A DNA stretch of 64,000 nt from Mobula birostris (lineage: Eukaryota): positions 28,389,821-28,453,820 of the forward strand of contig NC_092379.1 in the NCBI RefSeq assembly GCF_030028105.1, written 5' to 3'. The position numbers and the translations under genes are program-made. This document shows, piece after piece, positions 48,330 through 62,087 of the stretch; within the stretch, counting starts at the first letter, position 1, and the number at the start of each line of letters is the position of its first letter. The notes beneath the pieces were generated by a model that was given only the letters and a program-made list of their open reading frames with translations, ran no database searches and had not been told where the DNA came from.

Positions 48330-49000
48330 AAACTGCTTTTAGTATCTTAGTCGCCAGCTTCCTTTCATAATTCATCTTTTGCTTCCTAATGACTTTCTAA
48401 GATTCTTTCTGACAGTTTTAAAAAAAGGCTGTATATTCTCACTAGATTTGGCTTCCTTTTATTCCCTCTCTGTTGTTTTTACTATGTCTTTGATTTAATT
48501 GTCAGCCACCGTTGTGTCCTTATTCTATTCGAAAATATCTTCGCATTTGGAATATATCTGTCTTGCACTTCCCTATTTAGTCTCAGAAACTCCTTCCATG
48601 CTGCCTTGCTGTACTTCCAGCTAGTGTCCCTTTCCAGTCAACTTTGGCCAGTCCTACTCGCATGCCATAGTAATTTCGTTAATTCCTCTGAAATACCGAT
48701 AATTGGAATTTAGTTTCACCTTCTCAAATTTCAAAGTGAACTCAATCATATTGTGATCACTGTTCCCTAAGGGTTCCTTAACCTTAAGCTCTCTTATCAC
48801 CTCCGGATCATTGCACAACATCCAATCCAGCACAGCCGATCCCCCACTAGGCTCAGCAACAAGATCTTCTAAAAAGCCATCCCTTACTTTTCTACAAATT
48901 CTCTCTCTTGAGGTCCGGTACTGAAAAGTTTTTTCCAATCCACTTCCATGTAAAAATCCTCGATGATTATCATGACATAGGCACTTTGACACGCCATTTT
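48330..49000 (-). mobile_element. CR1 ORF2 fragment (endonuclease C-terminal region), older subfamily
   Basis: DGFLEDLVAEPSGGSAVLDWMLCNDPEVIRELKVKEPLGNSDHNMIEF. Confidence 0.8.
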
Positions 49001-50044
49001 GTCTCCTGTTCTAAATTATTGTGTCATACCATCAGTACCCGTTTCTATCTATCCAGCACAGTTCTGCATGGAGCCTTCTCCAAAATCCAACTTCCTGATT
49101 GTCTGGCACGGTATTCCTAAATTGAGCCTCAGAGTCCAACGATCTTATCTTTATCTTTAATCCAAGGAGCTTCTACGGAAAGCTACAAATTAATATACCT
49201 TACAGCCATCACAGTAAAAAAAAAAAATCTTAACCAGGGCGTTACCTTCACGCCCTCGAAATATGTCCATGTCATCATGACTTTGGATCTTTAACTTTTA
49301 TCTTCTATGTAAGTTACGCCGCTGAGTATTTCAGTGCCACGACGTGCAATAAAGCATCTTCAATAATACGTTGACCTTTCACCCAAATGACATCAGGCGG
49401 AATACCTTCCACTAATTCTGCAGTAAAAACCCAAACCTTCGTAAGAAGAGCTGTCCATTCTCCAACTCTGCGTCACCTAATCCCGAAAACACCATCTCTT
49501 TACTACCATGATTCCAGCCTTCGAATAAATTGCTTCTATAATCTTATGATAGCGCATTATAATCGTCGGGGGGGGGGGGAGTGTTGAGGGGCTGTTTGGT
49601 TATATTTAATTTCCAATTTCTTTCCTGCTAAAATGCTGCTGCCGGTGTATGGAAATTGATGCGCGACATAACAAGAGGTATTACCGAAGACCTCAATGAG
49701 GAGTCGAACCTATTAAGCATGGTGAAACGAGCAATTAATTTGAAAGCAGAGCTGATCTGAGAGATACAATAATCTCTCAGGACGGAGAAAATCATCGTTG
49801 GACTCTGAGGTGACGAAACATTTCTGCAGACAGAAATAAGGTTTAGTGTTTGAATGTATTCCAGTCCTGGTTTTGTAATATTATTTTGTAATATTCACGA
49901 GGATATGAATATCGACGGTGAAGAGGGTATATTCCTGTTGCAGGGATTCTACTCTAGGTTTTCTCACTTTGCTATGTTGTAAAATCAGCATCGTATTATT
50001 TCAGTCTAAAGTTATACGCTGTAGCGTAAATATATGTTGATTAG

Positions 50045-50230
50045 GCAGAGTGGGTGGTGTGGCCTTGTGTATAACAAATAATATTAAATCATTAGATAGG
50101 GATGACGTCGGACCGGAAGGTGTAGAGTCTCTATGGTTTGAGTTAAGACATGGCAAGGGTAAAAGGACCATAATCGCAGTTGTATACAGGCCTCAAACCA
50201 GCAGCCGGTATGTGGATTATAAACTACAGG
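50045..50230 (+). mobile_element. CR1 endonuclease fragment
   Basis: GGVALCITNNIKSLDRDDVGPEGVESLWFELRHGKGKRTIIAVVYRP. Confidence 0.8.
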
Positions 50231-50884
50231 TATGTCGCTGCGGGGATAGACGTAACACTCTGTTTCCCCAGTACATCGTGTGCTAGCTGATTTGGAGGTT
50301 TTCGGAATCTTTGAAACATTCATACGTCATCCTCATCTTTTTCAGTCTTCTGGTGTCCTTATGACATTTCTACTTGTGGAACCCGCCCCCAACCACACCC
50401 CCCCCCCGCCTGTGTTAGTTGCTTGTGCATTCTTGTAACTCAGTTCCACCGACACCTGACTGAGTTTAGTTTTATCCCGAATTATATTGGAGGTGAGATG
50501 TCCTTCAGTGTCCAGCATCACGTCTGCCTGTCCACTGGTAGACCCCACAAACAAACTCCCTCCAGACAGAGTTCACAGGGTTACTCGTTAGAGGAACGGG
50601 ATTGGCTACATTGAGGGCAAAGAACCAGTAACTGCTAGTCATCTACGATCATGTCGGGCGCCTGGAACGGCGTCGCAGAGAATTTCATTATAAGCCTGCA
50701 TGGCCGGAGAGCAGATAAGATTGTGTTCACTTGAAGTACCTCGAAGCGGGCGACCGCCGTTACAGACATACTACTGTCAAATCTGCAGGCCGGAGCAGGC
50801 TGGTAATGTAAGGCCGGTCGCGTCTGCTTGGATAGTATTGCCCCCCGTAGCAGATCGAATTATCTACAAGGCAAAAACGAGAAA

Positions 50885-52540
50885 AAAGTCTGCAGATACT
50901 GGAAAAGCAAATAAAATATACAAAAACTGGAGGAACTCAGCTGGGCAGGCAGAAACTAAGGATAAAAGTTTCATCAGACCGACAGCATTCAACAGGGCTG
51001 GAGGAATAAATATGAGTGGTATATTTAAATGGTGGGGGAAGAGGAGGGGAAAAGCAAGCTGATAGGCGACAGAGGGAGGAGGAGGGCTGAAGTTAAGAAC
51101 TTGGAATTTAATTAGTGAAAAGGAGAGGAAGGACTCTAATCGGAGAGGACAGTGTACCATGGAACAAAATGGGGAAGAGCACCAAAGGGAGGTATTGGGC
51201 AGACAGGGAGATAAGATGAGAGAAGGAAAAGGAGATGGCGAATGGTGAAGGAGAGGGGGAGGGGTACACAGCCGAAGTTCGTGAAAACTATGTTCATATA
51301 ATAAATTTGGAGGCAACCGGAATATACGATGCTGTTGCTCCAACCTGAATGTGACCTCATCACGACAGTAGAGGAAGCCACAAATTAACATATTGGACTC
51401 TGATTAGGAAGTGAAATTAAAATAAGGGGACTTTGGAAGATCCATGTTTAATTTTGACGGATGAACCGCAGGTACATGGGGCACTCCGGGAGCACGGACG
51501 CTGTAGATGACTCAAGTAAACTCACAGGTGAATTGTCGCCTCACCTGAACGGACTGTTTGGGGCCCTGGATGGTAGTTAGGAAGAAGCATTAGTATCAGG
51601 TGCGGATTCGCTTGTAAGGGGATGCGCCAGAAGGGAGATCACTGGCGATGAACGAATAGCTCACGTGGAGGGGAGGGGAGGGCAAAATATGTTTGGTGGT
51701 GGTAAACCGTCGGAGATGACGGATAATCGGGAGATACGGAGGTTGAAGGGGCGGCAGCTGAGGATAAGGGGGTCGATGGCACGAAACTCGCCATCCTGAG
51801 ATTAGTTGTGACGGAGATGCAGGAATTCGGAATATAGGAAGAAGTTTTTACCAGTCACGGAGTGGAAAGCGGTATAGTCTGGTGAGCTGTGAGAGTCTGT
51901 GTGATTATAACAGACTTTAGTGGATAAGGTGGTACCAGAGATATAGACAGAGGGAACGAAGAAGGGGAGGAAAGGGACCTGGTAAATTTGAGGACAGGGT
52001 CAAGTTGGAGGCCAAGTTAAAGACGTCGACGAGCTCCACATGGGTGCAGGAAGCTGTGGAGACGGAGAACAGTGTAGGCTTGGAACTTTCACGTAGCCAA
52101 CAAAAAATGGACGCATAGGTGGGATCATGTCACACCTTCTGTTTGAAAGAAGTGGGAGGAGAGAAAGGAGAAATTATTAAGAATGATGACGTTACGTTCG
52201 ACAGAGGAGAGTGGTGGTGGAAGAAACTGGTTGGGTCTGGTGTCCATAAAGAAAGAGAGAGCTTTGAGGACTTTCTGCAGGGGTATTGAGGTGTATAGGG
52301 ACTCGAAATAAGTAGTGTAAATAAGATGATAGGGGCATCGTAACTTGCAATCATGGAAAAGATCCGGAGCGTGTGAAGTGTCATGAATGTGGGTAGGAAG
52401 ACACTGAACAAGGGGTGATGAAGCAGAGTCGTGACGTGCAGATATCAGCTTAATGGGCAGGAACAAGCAGAAACATGGAAAACCAGATTTGTGAATCTTG
52501 AGTCGGAGCTCGCATCCGGAGGTGCTGGGAACGGGCACTA
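50885..52540 (-). mobile_element. Degenerate Penelope-like element (RT and GIY-YIG remnants plus terminal repeat)
   Basis: PLVQCLPTHIHDTSHA...SLYTSIP...LNNFSFLSSHFFQTEGV (PLE RT); FQVRRQFTCE..VIY near 51500-51550 (GIY-YIG); terminal ctgcagatactgg...ctggaggaactcagc. Confidence 0.8.
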
Positions 52541-52559
52541 TGAAGTTAGGAGGTAGCTA

Positions 52560-53750
52560 AAGAGGTGCGGGACCCAGGAACTATCAGGGGTTAGGAGGTA
52601 GAAACGGAAGTTGATTTTCTGAGTGAGTTGAGATCGGTAGCAATTTGACTGTCGTTTCTCCAGAAACCGGCGGCAGAATTTAATGTCGCCCAAAAAGCGC
52701 TGTAGCTGTTTCATGGAGAGTGAAAACGCGTATCTAACGACAGTTCGCTCTGTCACTCTTCCAATGGCTATGATTTTTGTGGAAGTACGTAATATAGGAA
52801 TAAAGTGATAGATCGGCGACTGGTATTTTTTTTTTAACTTGCAATATAACTGTTTTCATCGGAAACCTCGAAATAATGTAGGGCCGTGGCAGATATGGTA
52901 TCTGGTCCTTGGATGATTGGAATATATACTCGACGTAGATGAAAATATACCTGTGTAACATGCCCTGGCGATCTCGTTAATGAACGATCGGAACACGGCT
53001 GGATTCGTAGTGGCTGGTGGTATTATCAAACACGTCTTCCAATTATCTATCTAGTGGAGGTATGAAAGGTCGCACGCGCTCTGAAGATCTAGTTTGGTGA
53101 AGATCTGGACTGCTTGGGATGGTTTGAATGTGCTCCCCCATCGGAAGATGGTAGCAGATTTTGAAGCTGGCTTTGTTGAGTCCAGGGTCGGCGATATCGA
53201 AACAGGGACGAAGAGCCCCATCTTTCACTTTAACAAACGTGATTCTGCACCGTCTGTGGAATGGGATTATCGAATGATATAGTGCATCGGCGATGTAATC
53301 ATTCATGGCTCGGGTCTCAGAAGAGGGCAGGGAGAACAGACGACCAAAGGAGGAAAGACTCCTTCCTGGATGTCAATTGTGAGGTTGTGAGGCGGCAGGG
53401 TCCTGGTTTCACTTTTACCGAACGCGATGGTTTTGCGGCATTTCCGTGGGCGCATTTCGAGGTCTAGACTAGTAGGTTATTATCCTACTTAGCGCGGGCA
53501 AGGTCTAAGCTCGCCCAGTCAGGAGAGAGATAATGAAGGTAATCTACTTTCGGAAGCATGCATGGTTGAGGTTCTTATTGTAAGGTGCAGTGGAGCAAGA
53601 AACTGTGGGATCAGGTTGGGGAAGCGTCGAACGTATGGGCACCAGAATCTTGGGCTTTCAGGGAGGATGTTGACTGACGCAGGTTTGCTCTATCAATAGT
53701 TTCCTTCTGGTTGCTGATGTTACAGTTGTGTCTGCAGACGACTCCTTAAA
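52560..53750 (-). mobile_element. Degenerate Gypsy pol (RT) fragment
   Basis: AMNDYIADAL, FVKVKDGALRPC and KQLQRFLG motifs with frameshifts. Boundaries are approximate. Confidence 0.75.
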
Positions 53751-54391
53751 GCGAGGATACTCAAACAGCTGATGAGCGTAACCGACTTAGCAGGTAACGA
53801 ACTATTTTACTAACAAACTACAAAGTAATAAGCCGCAAGGGGCCAGGAAAAAAGAGAACAGGAACTTAACACGACAAGTAAACATAGTAACTGAAGGCAA
53901 GTTCTAAGTTCAAAGTAACATTTACATATCCGAGTAACTATATGTTCCGACAAACAACCTTGAGATTTTTTTTTTCCCGTGGAAATATTTAGCACATCTA
54001 TAGACTTGAACAATAAACAGCTAGTTCTGCAGATGCAGATAACAGTAAATAACAAGCATGAAATAACAAGATAATAAAGTATTTAAAAGTGTGTAGTTAT
54101 ATCCTTTTATTCAAAAGCCTGACAGTTGATGGGTATTAACTGTTCTTAAACCTAGTGGTGCGAGTCCTGAGGTATCAGTGCCTTCTACCTGAGGGCAGCA
54201 TCGAGAAATGCTCATGGCCTCGAAAACAGAGAAGTGTCTTTCGTTTTCTTTCTCACTCTCTCGCGATCCACTGTCCCTATTGTTTTCACACATATGCAGA
54301 TAAGCACAATTAAACATACGCCCACAATCAAACACATATACACAGAAAGGCGCACAGACACAGGAAAACACACCTGCACGCGCACACACCA

Positions 54392-54523
54392 NNNNNNNNN
54401 NNNNNNNNNNNNNNNNNNNNNNNNNNNNNNNNNNNNNNNNNNNNNNNNNNNNNNNNNNNNNNNNNNNNNNNNNNNNNNNNNNNNNNNNNNNNNNNNNNNN
54501 NNNNNNNNNNNNNNNNNNNNNNN
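54392..54523. other. Assembly gap (132 N)
   Basis: Run of N, preceded by CA-rich low-complexity sequence. Confidence 1.
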
Positions 54524-55390
54524 CAGTAACTAGAAGTCCAGCAAAAAGAGGAATAAATAGATGACATATCAGCTAATCAACCTATAGCTTTTAGGCTCTG
54601 CACTGTGATTGGGTGATTATCCTATTCTCTGTCCGTCCCTGTACATCCAGTAGCCGTCAGAACTTGAGACCCTAAACAGATCGGTTGCTGGAAATGGGGT
54701 AGAATAGCATAAAATATGAGGAATGCTTGGCAGGGAGCGCTTCCTGCGAAGAGAACAAAGGATTCAATGTCACTGGAGAGAACACAGAAACTTGGCCAGG
54801 CGGGCTCATCCATTCTTACTTGCGAACTCTCTGATGCTGAGGAAGCAAAGACGCCTACCATAGCTTTCTGAACAGAATGTGACTGCTGCAAACTCCAACA
54901 TGCTTATTCAATGACAATAGTCTGAAGGGCAAGCCAATCGAATAGATCAAGAAGGGGGAATTGTCTGAAACTGGAAACGGCCGGACAGCGAAAGCCGCCC
55001 TTCAGAATCTGCCTTCGCCATTTCTACTTGGATCCAAGGTCAAAATGTAACATAACCATTTCTGAGAACTCAATGGGAAGTAGCAGTCCAGAAAAAGGGC
55101 GGTGTCCCAGCAAGAGGTTTAGGAATGTTTACAGAATATTTGCACATTACATTCAGTGGGGTATGCAGCAACATTTTATGTGAAGCCGCGCACCAAAATT
55201 TCACACACATAGTCCATTACATTTCTTATGATCCCTTCAGGTATCTTATCACCAGAGGAATTTCAAGAAATATCGTTAAATCTTCTGGGATTCCACTAGA
55301 GTGCATTTTCAATTCGGAGATCATCTAATCTCACTCGTTGTTTTCCATAAGTGTTCCAATCCCATATGTATGACAAGAGATGGTTTCTGG

Positions 55391-55411
55391 TATATATATA
55401 TATATATATAT
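55391..55411. repeat. (TA)n microsatellite
   Basis: About 10 TA units. Confidence 0.9.
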
Positions 55412-56711
55412 GTGCCGTAATCATTAATATGACACGATATCGAAAGATTTGTTGAAATGTGTCGTAGCTGTACCTTTTTTATCCTCACTGGTGCATAATC
55501 AAATAGCTATAGTAAAATATTAACGTCAACTAATATTCCTGAATCTTCAGTGGATTTTTTTTTCAGGAATAGTCGACTGCTAAACTGGCCCAAGTGGACC
55601 TCATTGATTTAATTGAACATCTTTTCCAGTTTCCGCACAAAGCGACCCCAATAGTGAATGCTCATCGCAACGCCCAGTGCACGAACAAAGTCAACAATTA
55701 TGGCCGGATTACAGCCAAACTACTTCCAAACAGTTAGTACCAAATAACCATCATTGGACAATAATATCGTGGGCTTCATTGTCTAGACATAAAAAGTGCA
55801 GCACAGGAGCATTTGGTATATTTAAAACAGCCGTTTAACTTGTATTTTGTAAATCAGCAGCAAACCTCATCGGACATTATGGACGCAGTACTCCAAGGTT
55901 AAAAACCTTCAATAAATATTTTAAAAAGATTGCATGCGACAGGTCAGTGTTGCTATTTGTTATGGCATTAATTTCGGAGACTCGAAGCCCATTTACTCCT
56001 TCCAACTTTTCCAGAAATAATGTACAGAACATATAAACAACGTTGTTTTGAGGTGAACCCACTGGACATATTGGAGTTGTTTTATCGAGGACTCACAGTA
56101 AAAAAGCAAAAAATAATCAGTGCAGAAGAGAAAAAGCATATGGCGTCAAGTTGTGGAATTCAGCTAAATTCAGAGGCCCTCATTGATAATCCCAGCTGAT
56201 CTACACTTGCTTGAAAATTAAGAAAAATGTGGCGTTACCCTGCCAAGATGACAGGATGGAAGATTTCCTTCCCAGCATGTTCTTTGTGCTAAATATTTTC
56301 TTTCGTATCTAAATTAGCTAACAAAATGACGACGCGGAAGTTGTGCTGCACATGTTCTAAAATGTCATTTTCATTGCTTTGCAATTCTGAATTTCTGTCA
56401 TGATTCCCTCCGTTAACGCGCATTTGTTATGCTCATAATGGGGCTTTTGCTTGTCATCAATACAAATTATGTGCAGTTGAGGGAGCAGTATGGATTCCTA
56501 GGCAATCAACCAGTTATGCAATGTGAAAACGAAGGCCAGGCATTCATTTCTGACATGTTTCCCTTTTGTCAGTGATACAAACAGCTTTGATTGCCACAGG
56601 ACACTATATCTGATTGATTTTTACCTTATGATCGTTGTCACTGTGAAAAGTTATCGAACGATTATTTAGAAACATGCAGATGCTACACCTCTAAGTTTTA
56701 CTTCATCCTCG

Positions 56712-56897
56712 AAAGCACAAGGAAATCTGCAGATGCTGGAACTTCATGCAACACACATACAAAATTGCTGGTGAACGCAGCAGGCCAAGCAGCATCTATA
56801 AGAAGAGGTATAGTCGACTTTTCGGGCCGAGACTCTTCGTCAGGGCTAACTGAAAGAAGAGATAGTAAGAGATTTGAAAGTGGGAGAGGGGGAGGAG
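56712..56897 (+). mobile_element. Penelope-like terminal-repeat fragment
   Basis: aaatctgcagatgctgg...tgctggtgaacgcagcaggccaagcagcatc...gtcgacttttcgggccgagactcttcgtcag; same family as 15500 and 50885. Confidence 0.7.
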
Positions 56898-58049
56898 ATC
56901 CTATTATTACGGATGTTGTACTCAGCACATAGTGAATAAATTGCTGCTGCAGTCTCACTTGCTTCCTTCCCCTCACCCTAAAACTATGCCCTCGAATTTT
57001 AGATTCCCCTCACTTGAGGTGATTACTGTTGCCATTCATCCTATCCAAGCTGACCATCATTTTATAAATCTTCATACGATCACCTCTCTACATCTTACAG
57101 TCAAGAAAATGAAGAGCTTGTCTGTCCAACAACTCAATATTATTCAGGCTCTCAAGTTCTGGTAACACTCCACGCAATGTTCTTCTGCCCTCTCTCCAAT
57201 TTGACCACGATGTGTTCTTCCTCAAACGGTAATAGAGTAGGTTCCTGCATCAAAGGGCAGAATGACCGGTGCGTATTGTGAGCAAACTGGACATAAATTG
57301 GTCATCTTCGCAGACAGTCAGCAGTCAGTACACCCATATAATCAGTAAGCAACAAAGGGAGTCGGAGTTGCTGGCTTCAGAATCGATCGAAATTCACAGA
57401 GCTTTCAAGAAGTTAACGCTTGACGGCAACTGTATATTGAGATCAGATCAGTGGCATGTTGGGCATGGTGTAAAATCGGATCGAAGTTCTGTGTAAGGAT
57501 AGGTTGATGAACCACAGCTGGAAATATAGATGCTTGTGTCGAGATGTCATCATGTTGAATCACCTCTCTTCCTGTTTATCTTTCCCTATTTAGTCAATGA
57601 TGTCTCTCTCTCTCTCTCACTCACACAAACACACCTCGCTTTCTCTCTCATACTCTCATACAGCCACACAAATGCAATCATGCACGAGCGCGCTCATGCG
57701 TCACCCTTGCGTTCGGCCATGTTCTATATACTTCCTGTTCCCCACGACTCTTCTTTCTGAGCAACAACTCTACCCAATTCATACACTTTTGCCTTTATCC
57801 TTTACACCATCATTCTCCCTGCCTTTCTTGGTAAAGCAACTTCTGGCATATTCTCGAATAAATTACTGTTCTAAACTCTGGTATCATCTTTCTTTCACAT
57901 TATTCATTCCCATTTCTCATTGGCCAACCGAATCCATGTGAGCAATTGTGTCCACCTGTTTGTCCCTACTTGCTGCGTTATTTATATGATATCTTTCAGC
58001 TTCGTCCCTTCATATAGCTATTCTGGTGTTCATGAATTACAATATTATG

Positions 58050-58700
58050 GTGATTTCAGCCACGGTCTGTAGGCTGTGCCAGCGAGCTGGCGGCGGCGCG
58101 TTTTCGATAAGTCCTCGAGCTTTCTCACCACGGCCGAGGACATCACAGGATGTTTTTCTTCGTGTGTGTGGCAGGGGCTTAAGAATGACTTCAAAAGTTG
58201 GGCTAGTACTTGTTTGACATGCGCACGCACGAAGGTGCCCCGACACGGTAAGACTCCTTTGGCACCTTTCACGGTCTATGAGCGGAATTTCGACCAATGT
58301 AGATTTCGGTGGCTTTCTGATTGCATCCCGTGGGTTTACTCACCTCTTCGCCATCGTTGATAGTACCACACGTTGGCCGGAGTCAGTGTCGCTGTTGTCC
58401 ATTTCAGACGGGGAGATGGCGTATGTTCCCTGCCACGTGAATCGCTCAGTTCGACGTCCCTTTGGATATCACTTTATCACGATTTGCGTCCGAGCTTTGG
58501 CGTGCGGTTGCCCGTGATCTGGGAGTCAAATCACCGGACCACTGTTTATCACCCTCAGGCAAACAGCCTGTGCGAGAGGTTGCAGTATTCAATGAATGCT
58601 GCTCTCCGTGCATAGGTTACTGACGGTTGTTGGGTGAACAGGCTGCCATGGGTCATCCTGGGCCCGAGGACGGCCGCTGAGGCGAAATTTCAGTTCTGTA
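58050..58700 (+). mobile_element. Degenerate Gypsy integrase fragment
   Basis: WASTCLTCARTKVPRH (Zn finger), FTHLFAIVDSTTRWPE and HRTTVYHPQANSLCER (rve core). Confidence 0.85.
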
Positions 58701-58859
58701 CTGACATTCTTCCTCAGATACTATGATCTGTACAGACATTCTTGCTCAGATACTATGACCTGACTTTCAATCACTCTGATTTTCGTTGCCTGTTTCACCT
58801 TCCTCCAATTAGGAATGAGCTCTCGAGTTTTACATTCTTCTTCAACCTCTTTGCACGCA

Positions 58860-59090
58860 CTCTCTCGTTATCTCTCTTTCTCTGTCTCTGTCTCGCACTC
58901 TCCCTCTGTCTGTTTCTCCCACACTCTCTGTCTGTCTTTCCGTCTCTCACTCACACTCACTCTCTCTCGCTCCCTCTCTCTCTTCGTCTTTTACTCTTTC
59001 TCACACACAAAGACACAGACACTGGCGAGCGTTCGCTTTATTTCATTGTCTCCCTGTCGTTCACTTTCTCCTTCTCGTTCATTGTTCCTT
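58860..59090. repeat. CT/CA-rich low-complexity tract
   Basis: Runs of tctc, tctg and caca. Confidence 0.85.
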
Positions 59091-59190
59091 TAAAGTGGAA
59101 AAAAAGTGACCGTGACGATTTCCTTTGTGTTCCTTACGATTACCAGATTATGAGGCACTCTTGTGAGTGAACGTTGCCATACCAGGAATG

Positions 59191-59229
59191 GGCATATGCC
59201 TGTACCTGCTATTAACATGCAAATCGGTG
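59191..59229 (-). other. Degenerate RSS of the inverted V relic
   Basis: CACCGAT, 23-nt spacer, GCATATGCC (5/9 nonamer match). Confidence 0.45.
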
Positions 59230-59497
59230 GACTGCATGGCACAAAGGTACACGGCGGAGTCAGAAACAAAATCCTTTGAAATTCCTGACTCCGATATCTT
59301 CATATTTTTCATGAATTCAGCAGTAAGTCTTAGAGAACATTTCATGTTTCCCGAGATAGATAATTTCAGCAAGTGTTTTGGGGATTGATGCTGGACGTAA
59401 CAAAATAGATGTGGTCGCGCTGCGGTGTAATTACACTGTCCTTCATCGGCCGTTAATTCTGGAGGGTACTTCCTCATTGATTCTTTCCCACACGTTC
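59230..59497 (-). pseudogene. Inverted, divergent TCR V relic of a different family
   Basis: Acceptor ctcatttgttacag, then phase-1 exon GTCGKESMRKYPPELTADEGQCNY...HLFCYVQHQSPKHLL...VSDSAVYLCAMQ. The conserved Trp is replaced by Cys and FR1 and FR2 are shortened. Confidence 0.75.
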
Positions 59498-62087
59498 CTG
59501 TAACAAATGAGAAAAGGTATGAATTGCCACGCTTTGGTATCTATATTCCAGGAGACTCATTGGAAAGAACGGTCAATGCAATCAGTGAAGAACAGAGAGA
59601 AAGTATCGCGTCTGGCTCAGCCCCGATTGAAAGACACGTTACGTCCAACAAGTTAGTTACACGTACACGATAGTGGAGCAGTACTTCAGATCAAGTATGC
59701 CTTCGTTTCTCCCTGCCAACGTGCCACCTCCGATTCTTTCATTTCACGTTTCATTATTCTGCCGTTGCTTTATCTCTATCAGAAACCTGAAGGACTCAAT
59801 TTACATTTGCCTGTTTTCCGTTATTTTTATCTCCATGTCTCTCTCTCCTGTTCTTTCTCTTTCACAAACCCTCCTCTCTCAGTTCGTTCGTTTTCCCTTT
59901 CTTTCACTCATCGTTATACATTTCACTTATTTCCCAGTTTCCTCTCCCACGCACTCTCCCTCTCTGACCTTTTGCTCATTTAATCAATTGTCCTTTTTTC
60001 TGGTTTTTACATATCTCCCATGCTCTAGTTCTCTCTCCTCCTACTTCCTGTCGATACCTTTTTTGCTCCTTCCTGAAGTCTCATCTTTATCTTTCGTTCT
60101 GCCGTTCTCTCTCCTTATCGTTTAATCAACGGTACAAATTCCAGTGAAGGGTATCTTCCAATGTATTTTTCTTAATATTCTGCAAGCTCCCTTCAGCTAA
60201 ATCATCGATACATATTCAGATGGCAGGGTATCCACCACTGAATACTATCGATTTGAGAATCACCCATTTATTTGTCATTCTTTGCTATTGTTTCGTGAGC
60301 CTATTCTGAATGTACATCAACAGACTCGGAATGAACGTTGACCTTTGCAGCAACATTACCTGTGAAACCTTATCGAAACTGTGTTTTGTAAAATTAGTGC
60401 ACTGTACCTCCAGATTCACTATACACCACATTTACATTCTCAACTAAATATATCACAATAGAAAAACTGTCAATTGCTTATGATTTCATACGCAACAGGT
60501 GTCCCGGAAGTGGTTTGCAAAGTTGCTGTTTTTTCGACTGGGTACGAGTTGAATTAACAAGCTTTGATCTAGTCCTGCCCTCCTAAGCCAAAAACATGTA
60601 ACCCTCGCTGCTGTATATGAGTATACAGTATTGCTAGGAAACTCCGCCTCTCGGACGTGCTCATCGCATCACGGGGCAGGAACAAGGGGAACGCAGAGTG
60701 TCTGGTTTCATATTGATTAGTGGACTGATTCTTTCAGGAGTGAAATATGACTTAACTACAATTGAAAAAGAAGATCAAATCAGTGGCCCACTTACCTTTC
60801 TGCGAAGTCTGAGTTAAATACCTTCATAAAATAATATGAAGATTCCGTGCTATGTTGAATACCCCTAAAATGTGTCTGTAAAAGTGTTCGACTATCCAAG
60901 CAGCATTCATTATCAATACGAACGTTACCTTCATTTTGGTCTCGTTAATATTTTTTCTCCCTCTCTGTGCGTTTCTTGTATTTTATCCCTCCTGACAACT
61001 GCACCGCCTATCACAATGCCATGCATCGATTTTATTGCATTCTGCATGATCCCATTTTGCTATATTATCATGAGGGGAAATCAGAGACAACGCCTTTGAA
61101 TCGTGTGGCTTCCTACTAATTTGTGTTGTCAAACCAAAAATTGCCCATTTATTCCGCATTCATTTTTTTTTTCTGTTGCTCTTGCAATCCCTTCTACTAC
61201 AATAGAGAAACATTTTGATTATTTGCTCCGAGGCTATCATCAATATGATATAATATTGAATGATTTATAGAAACATTCTATAGATTTGTAGAAGGTGTCG
61301 GAAATGTTACTCCTGTCCATTCTGCTGCATCGATTCTATTCAGTGATCCCATACTGATTTCACGTTATGCAACACTTCATCTGCAAATCTGTTCTGTTGG
61401 CCTGCTGCAGCGAATGTTCCCGATGCTTCCTCCTCTACATTGGTGATGCTCGACGTAGATTGTAGGACAGCTGCATCAAGCACTTATTAGGATTTCGCAA
61501 CAAGCTATACTTCTCGATGGCCATTCATTGCTAATCTAATACCTACTACCGTTCCGAAATTTCGATTCGTAGTCTCAGTGAGGTTATTTTCATGTTGGAG
61601 CAGCAACACCTGATATTCCGTTTGCACATCCTCCAGCTTAATGGCAAGAACAAAATTATTTTTCCAACGTCCTGTTATTTTCCCCTCAGTAACACCCCAC
61701 CTCACCCACCACACCAACGACTCATTTCCCAATCGGGTCCCACATTTGTCTGTGCTCCCGATGTGTACAGCGTTCCATTCCTGTATTGTCCTGCAAATCA
61801 CACTAGGGCTAAGGTGTATCTTTTGCTTAGCTCCCCGTTCTGAATCACGTGAAACTATGGGAGCAGATTGCAGGTGATCGCATGTGCAGTTGGAGTATAG
61901 CAAATATTATGCGTCAACTGACGCCAGACACAAAATCAATAAGAGTATAGATAACGGCTCGGTTCACCATTTGTATGAAAGCACTGCCCAGAAGAAGGCA
62001 ATAGTAAAACACTTCTGCTGTAAAACTTCCCAAGAAAACTCATGAAGCACCATCGTTCACATCATACGACGCGGCACATAATGTTGA

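Noticed and set aside
55570-56110. Stop-poor reading frame suggesting a pseudogene
   Set aside because: It still has several stops and no recognisable domain; not distinguishable from chance without a search.
56616-56645. J-type 12-RSS (CACTGTG with GATTTTTAC upstream)
   Set aside because: The spacer would be 14 nt, the nonamer matches 6/9, and no FGXG J motif follows.
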